Assembly (NCBI GenBank): GCA_040219255.1
Contig: JAVJSW010000044.1
Location: forward strand, 1-50,280
Length of the DNA stretch: 50,280 nucleotides
From: Sumerlaeia bacterium
GTDB lineage: Bacteria; Sumerlaeota; Sumerlaeia; SLMS01; JAHLLQ01
Direction of reading: 5' to 3'
Shown: positions 45,954-50,280 of the stretch, one piece after another
Layout: every line of letters begins with the position of its first letter
Numbering within the stretch: position 1 is the stretch's first letter
Made by a program: the position numbers and the translations under genes
The notes under the pieces: model-generated
The model's database searches: none
What the model saw: only the letters and a program-made list of their open reading frames with translations
Told to the model about the DNA's origin: nothing

Positions 45954-46257
45954 CAATGCGGGTCAGCAGGACATCGAAGTTCTCCGCCAACGCTACGACA
46001 GCCTGCGCGAGCAGCGCATCACGGCCGACAACAACCTGAAGCACGCGCGCGAGCAGCTCGAGCAGCTCTGCGCGGAAGCGCGCAAGGAATTCGGCACCGA
46101 CGACCTGAAAACGCTGGAGGCCAAACTGGCCGCCATGCGCGAGGACAACGAGAAAAAACGCGCCGCCTATCAGGAGCATCTCGACGGCATTGAGCGCGAT
46201 CTGGCCGCCCTGGAAACCGGCGAAGGCGCCTCCGCCGCCGAGGACGGGGCGCCGTGA
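45940..46257 (+). CDS. Small coiled-coil protein
   Basis: 105-aa heptad-rich ORF with a central FGTDD turn; overlaps both neighbours; GGAGG RBS. Confidence 0.8.
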   Translation: MKTSNNAGQQDIEVLRQRYDSLREQRITADNNLKHAREQLEQLCAEARKEFGTDDLKTLEAKLAAMREDNEKKRAAYQEHLDGIERDLAALETGEGASAAEDGAP

Positions 46258-46931
46258 CGCTCCCCGCGCCGACCTCTCCGGAATCTCTGGGCCGCCGCTT
46301 CGAACGTCTCGCCGGGCGTCGCGATTCGCTGCGCCGGGCCCTCGCGGAAAAGGATCTTCAACTCGCCGAACTCGACGCCTACCTGGCCCTGGAGAAGCCG
46401 GTGGAGGATGCCCTGGAGCACCTGAGCCAGACGATGTTTTCCTCGATCACCCGCGTCATCGAGGAGAAGCTCACCCTCGCCCTGCAGGAAGTTCTCGAAC
46501 AATCCATCGCCCTGCGCGTCACGTCGGATTACAAGTTCGGCAAGGCCTCCATCGGTTTTCATCTGGAACGGGACGGCCAGAAGGAAGACATCCTGCGCGG
46601 CACCGGCGGTTCGGTGACAAACGTGTTGTCGGTCGGCTTGCGGCTGTTCGCCCTCAAAACCCTCGACGAGAAGGAGCACCGGCGCTTTCTCGTCCTCGAC
46701 GAGCAAGACGCCTGGCTGCGCCCCGACATCGTTCCCCGCTTCGTCAAGATCATCCACGAAGCGTCGCGGGGCCTGGGTTTCCAGGTCCTCATGATCAGCC
46801 ACCACGACGACGCCGTGTTCAGCCAGTACGCCGACAAGATCTATCGCTTCACGCCCCGGTCCGCGGGGGGCGTGTCGGTCAAGGAGGTGCGCCGCGAGGC
46901 TCGGAATCCGGACGAAGAGGCCCCATCCTGA
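46254..46931 (+). CDS. SbcC/Rad50-like C-terminal half (signature, Walker B, H-loop)
   Basis: N-terminal helix, TGGS signature variant, FLVLDEQD, MISHH and ADKIY; no Walker A. Confidence 0.88.
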   Translation: MTLPAPTSPESLGRRFERLAGRRDSLRRALAEKDLQLAELDAYLALEKPVEDALEHLSQTMFSSITRVIEEKLTLALQEVLEQSIALRVTSDYKFGKASIGFHLERDGQKEDILRGTGGSVTNVLSVGLRLFALKTLDEKEHRRFLVLDEQDAWLRPDIVPRFVKIIHEASRGLGFQVLMISHHDDAVFSQYADKIYRFTPRSAGGVSVKEVRREARNPDEEAPS

Positions 46932-46946
46932 GGGAGCCGGCGGCGG

Positions 46947-49748
46947 TTAGTAGCGCGTTACGTCCTCGCTGCCGAGACTCTCGTCGATGGGCACTTCGCC
47001 CACCGTGGCGGGTGGCGCGATGGCCATCAGGAGGTCGCGGCGCAACGATTCGGCGGGCCGGGAATTGTCTTCGATTCGATTGTTTTCCCAGTCGGTAATG
47101 TAAAACACGTCAATGATCTGGTAGGCTTCCGTGGCGATCAGCGCGAGGTGGACGTTGATGCGGTGACGGTCGAGAACGCTCAGGATGTCGTAGAGCAGGC
47201 CGGCCCGGTCGGGCGCCCGCACCTCGAGAACCGTCGCCGATTCGAAGTCCGCTTCGTTGTTGAACACCACGCTGGGCGGGTGGAGGTTGAGGCGGGCGGC
47301 GGAGATGGGCTGGGGGCGCGAGAGGGGGCCCGGGTTGTTCTCCCACTTCGGCTCGCGTTCGCCGCGCAGGACCTGGTTGAGCCGGGTGCGCAGCCGGTCC
47401 AGCGCGCTCGAATCGCGCGGGGGCTGGCGGTCCTGGCCTTGGATCTGAAAGACGTCGACGCAGAGGCCGTTGCGGCTGGTGTAAATCTGCGCCGAGAGAA
47501 TGTTGTAGCCTCGGCTGGCGAGGGCTCCGCAAATGTGCCGGAACAATCCCGGCGCATCGAGCGACAGGCACGTCAGCATCGCGTAGTTGCAGCCTTCCAC
47601 CGGCTCCAGCACCCAGTTCACCGGCTCCGCCTCGCACACTTTCTGCGCCATTCGCATGTGCATGGCGACCTGATGGGGCGGGGTGAAGCGGCGATAGCGC
47701 TCGGGCAGGGCGCGGAGAAACTCCTCGACCGACGGCCGGGGCGCCGAGGGATCGTCGTCACAGGGCGAGGGTTCGGCCGAATCCAGGTTCGCCTCCGCCT
47801 CCTTGCCCAGATCTTCCAGCAGGGGCAGCGCTTCCTCGACGCGCGTCACGAGATAGCCGGTGTTCACCATGGGGCGGTGGAGCCGGTCCTCGCGGCCCAG
47901 AAGGGCGTCCATGGTACGCTCGTAGAGGCTCGACAGAAGCGAGGCGCGCCAATCGTTCCAGGAGTCCTCGCTGACCGCCCGCAGATCGCAGCAGGTCAGC
48001 ACGTAAAGCATGCGCATCATTTCCGGATCGGCGATGTCGCGCGCCATTTCCTTGGGAACCTTGGGGTCTTCCGGATTCCGCCGCAGCGCCGCGTGCGAGA
48101 GTTTGTGGTGGTTCATCACCAGATCGTGGAGCACCTCGCAGGGCCGGCGCTTCATGCCCAGCCGTTCCGCCGCGCGCTGCACCAGGTGGGCGCTGCGCAT
48201 CACATGGCCGCGCCCTTCGCCCTTGCCTACATCGTGATAGAGCAGGGCGAAGGCCAGCACGTCCCAGCGCAGAATCTCGCCCGCCACCGTGCCCACGTGG
48301 GTGCTGGACATGGGCGAATCGGGGTCGAGCAATTCCGCCGCGCACTCCACCGCGCGCAGCAGGTGCTCGTCCACGGTGAACTGATGGTAATAGTCGATAC
48401 GCGGCAGATTGCGAACCAGCGCGAATTCCGGCAGATAGGTTTCCAGAAAGCGGCATTCGTGCATCCGCCTCAGGATGCGGGGCCCATGATCCACGTTGCC
48501 CAGAATCGCCAGAAAACGGTCGCGGTTGGCGGGCGACCGGCGGAAGGCGTCGTCGACCCCGGGCAGGGTGCGCTCCACCAGGTCGAGGGTGAAATCGTCG
48601 AACAGGTAGCCATGGACGGCGCCGGCGTGAAAGGCGCGCAGGGCCCAGGCGGGGTCGCGGATCGTTTTCTCCGCGTCCTTTGGCAGCACGAAGATCTGAT
48701 TTTCGCGGGTCCAGAATTCGCCCTCGATCCGGCTGCGGCGCAGGCGCTTATTGACAGCGGTGGAGCTGGTCGATTCCTCGCCGAAGCCCAGCCGCATCAC
48801 GAGGCGCTCGAGATAGCGATCGATCGTCTGGGCGTGATCGTAATAGGCCCGCATCAGGCGCTCTTCCGGCAGCATGGCGCCGGTTTTCCGGGTGATATCG
48901 TTGCCGAAACCCATCTGCGAGGCGATTTTGATCTGCCGCTCAAAGGTCAGTTGATCGGTCTTGCGGCCTTCGAGCAGGTGGAGCGCGTTGCGCAATTGGA
49001 TCAGAAAGGCGTGGGACCGGCGCAGCGCCCGCTCCTCGCGCGGCGTCAGCAGGCCCTGGGCCGTCAAGGTCGAGAGATGCCACTCGCCAAAGCGTAGAAA
49101 CGTCAGCCAGCACGCCACATGCAGATCGCGCAGGCCGCCGCGCGCTTCCTTGATGTTGGGCTCGAGCAGGAAGATCGTGTCGGAATTCTTCGAGCGCCGG
49201 ATGCGGGCGCGCTTCAGGATGTCGCGCCCGATGGCGTCGCGGTGCTTGTCGCGCGCCACACCCCGGAAATGCTCCGTGAAATCGCTGAACAGCTTCGGAT
49301 CGCCCCAGATCGCCCGCGCCCCGATGATCGAGGTCGCGAAATCGAAATCTTCGTCCAGGATAGCGAACGCTTCCTTCTGCGTTTTCAGCGCGTATCCCAG
49401 GTCCACCCGCAAATTCCAGAGCGGGTACAAGTAGGCTTTCACAAAGGCCTGCTGCGTTTCGGTCGGCTCCTCGCGGCAGAGGAACATCAGGTCGATGTCG
49501 CTTTGCAGATTCAGCTCGCGCCGGCCGAAACCGCCCGTCGCCACGATTACCATGTTCTTTTCGGCGCCCGGGAATTGCGGCGCCATCTCCTCGGCCAGCG
49601 TCTGCAGGATGCGGTCCCAGTCCTCGCTGTAAACCCGCACCACATCCAGGCCGGGGGCGTGCGCATGGGTATCCGTCAAGCGGGCGCGGGCTTCGTCCAG
49701 CAGGGCCTTCAGCCGTTCGGTGGTGGTATCTGGTGCAACGTCGGTCAT
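46947..49748 (-). CDS. glnD: [Protein-PII] uridylyltransferase
   Basis: GGFGRREL..QSDIDL, EPNIKE..GGLRD, YHQFTVDEH, HDVGKG and two ACT domains. Confidence 0.96.
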   Translation of the reverse strand: MTDVAPDTTTERLKALLDEARARLTDTHAHAPGLDVVRVYSEDWDRILQTLAEEMAPQFPGAEKNMVIVATGGFGRRELNLQSDIDLMFLCREEPTETQQAFVKAYLYPLWNLRVDLGYALKTQKEAFAILDEDFDFATSIIGARAIWGDPKLFSDFTEHFRGVARDKHRDAIGRDILKRARIRRSKNSDTIFLLEPNIKEARGGLRDLHVACWLTFLRFGEWHLSTLTAQGLLTPREERALRRSHAFLIQLRNALHLLEGRKTDQLTFERQIKIASQMGFGNDITRKTGAMLPEERLMRAYYDHAQTIDRYLERLVMRLGFGEESTSSTAVNKRLRRSRIEGEFWTRENQIFVLPKDAEKTIRDPAWALRAFHAGAVHGYLFDDFTLDLVERTLPGVDDAFRRSPANRDRFLAILGNVDHGPRILRRMHECRFLETYLPEFALVRNLPRIDYYHQFTVDEHLLRAVECAAELLDPDSPMSSTHVGTVAGEILRWDVLAFALLYHDVGKGEGRGHVMRSAHLVQRAAERLGMKRRPCEVLHDLVMNHHKLSHAALRRNPEDPKVPKEMARDIADPEMMRMLYVLTCCDLRAVSEDSWNDWRASLLSSLYERTMDALLGREDRLHRPMVNTGYLVTRVEEALPLLEDLGKEAEANLDSAEPSPCDDDPSAPRPSVEEFLRALPERYRRFTPPHQVAMHMRMAQKVCEAEPVNWVLEPVEGCNYAMLTCLSLDAPGLFRHICGALASRGYNILSAQIYTSRNGLCVDVFQIQGQDRQPPRDSSALDRLRTRLNQVLRGEREPKWENNPGPLSRPQPISAARLNLHPPSVVFNNEADFESATVLEVRAPDRAGLLYDILSVLDRHRINVHLALIATEAYQIIDVFYITDWENNRIEDNSRPAESLRRDLLMAIAPPATVGEVPIDESLGSEDVTRY

Positions 49749-50103
49749 GGGCGGGGGGGTCCGTGGAATCGCGATGAGGGATGTCCTAACGGGCCGGGCC
49801 CCGCAACGCAAGGGCGTCCCCAAGACGGCCTGCGACATTCGTCGGAGTCTTGCCGGGCGCGACTCGACGGTGTGTGTCGCCATGGTGGCCAACCGCGGAC
49901 CCCATGCCCAGCTTCCCTTTGGGTTGATTCGACTTACGGATTTTGAACCGTCGAAGGCGGGAGGATGTCTTGGAATCGTTTGGGCACAGCCAGGAGTCAG
50001 CGGCGACGCACTCCTTGAAAAAGGGACACCAGCCACAACAGCCTGTTGACGGTGGCGACATCGAAGGAGCTACAGCCGACGGCAGCGTGGCGGCGATCAC
50101 CGC

Positions 50104-50280
50104 CTGAGCCACGGTCCCGGTCTCCACGTTCACCACGCGCCGCACGCTGCCCAGGTGATCGGTCACGAAGCGGTAATACGCCCCGCCCTTCACCATCCAG
50201 TCCGGCACATGCCCCCGGCCGCCATAGACAAAATACGCGACGCTGCCGCCCGCGTCCTGCCACGCCACCGGGTTGATGAA
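50104..50280 (-). pseudogene. RHS repeat-associated core fragment
   Basis: NPVAWQD...FVYG...VPDWMVKGG.YYRFVTDHLGSVRRVVN.ETG.VAQ; the expected YD.FG core does not follow. Confidence 0.75.

Noticed and set aside
43561-46931. SbcC pseudogene broken by frameshifts
   Set aside because: The halves are separated by two intact genes with coupled stop/start overlaps, which indicates an organised operon rather than decay.
49749-50036. N-terminal extension of GlnD or a structured RNA upstream
   Set aside because: The extension is low-complexity and non-homologous, and I could not support any recognisable RNA motif.

Overview
A GC-rich bacterial chromosomal window; protein style suggests a PVC-like or Candidatus Sumerlaeota-like lineage, but that is inference only. 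Housekeeping content: MATE transporter, ftsY, ECF sigma/anti-sigma pair, a PilMN-X-secretin cluster, polA, def, dapB, glnD and three tRNAs (Thr-GGT, Gln-TTG, Arg-TCT). Accessory or decayed DNA: IS66 and tyrosine-recombinase remnants at the left edge, an AT-rich ABC-ATPase + DUF4276-like pair, a variable region between the convergent tRNA-Gln and tRNA-Arg genes (GHKL-ATPase three-gene operon, HAD + G1P-dehydrogenase-like pair, an IS5 with intact ends, AT-rich ORFs) and an RHS remnant at the right edge. The three most unusual systems are: (1) a four-gene split Rad50/SbcC-Mre11/SbcD operon whose N-terminal half carries exact 39-aa Pro-Pro repeats and ends at the zinc hook; (2) a 1162-aa fusion of a primase-type CHC2 zinc finger, TPR-like repeats and a DnaA AAA+ domain lacking DnaA domains I and IV; (3) a translationally coupled GHKL-ATPase + two-unknown-gene operon beside tRNA-Gln, a candidate defence system. 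All family calls come from motif recognition by eye; no searches were run.
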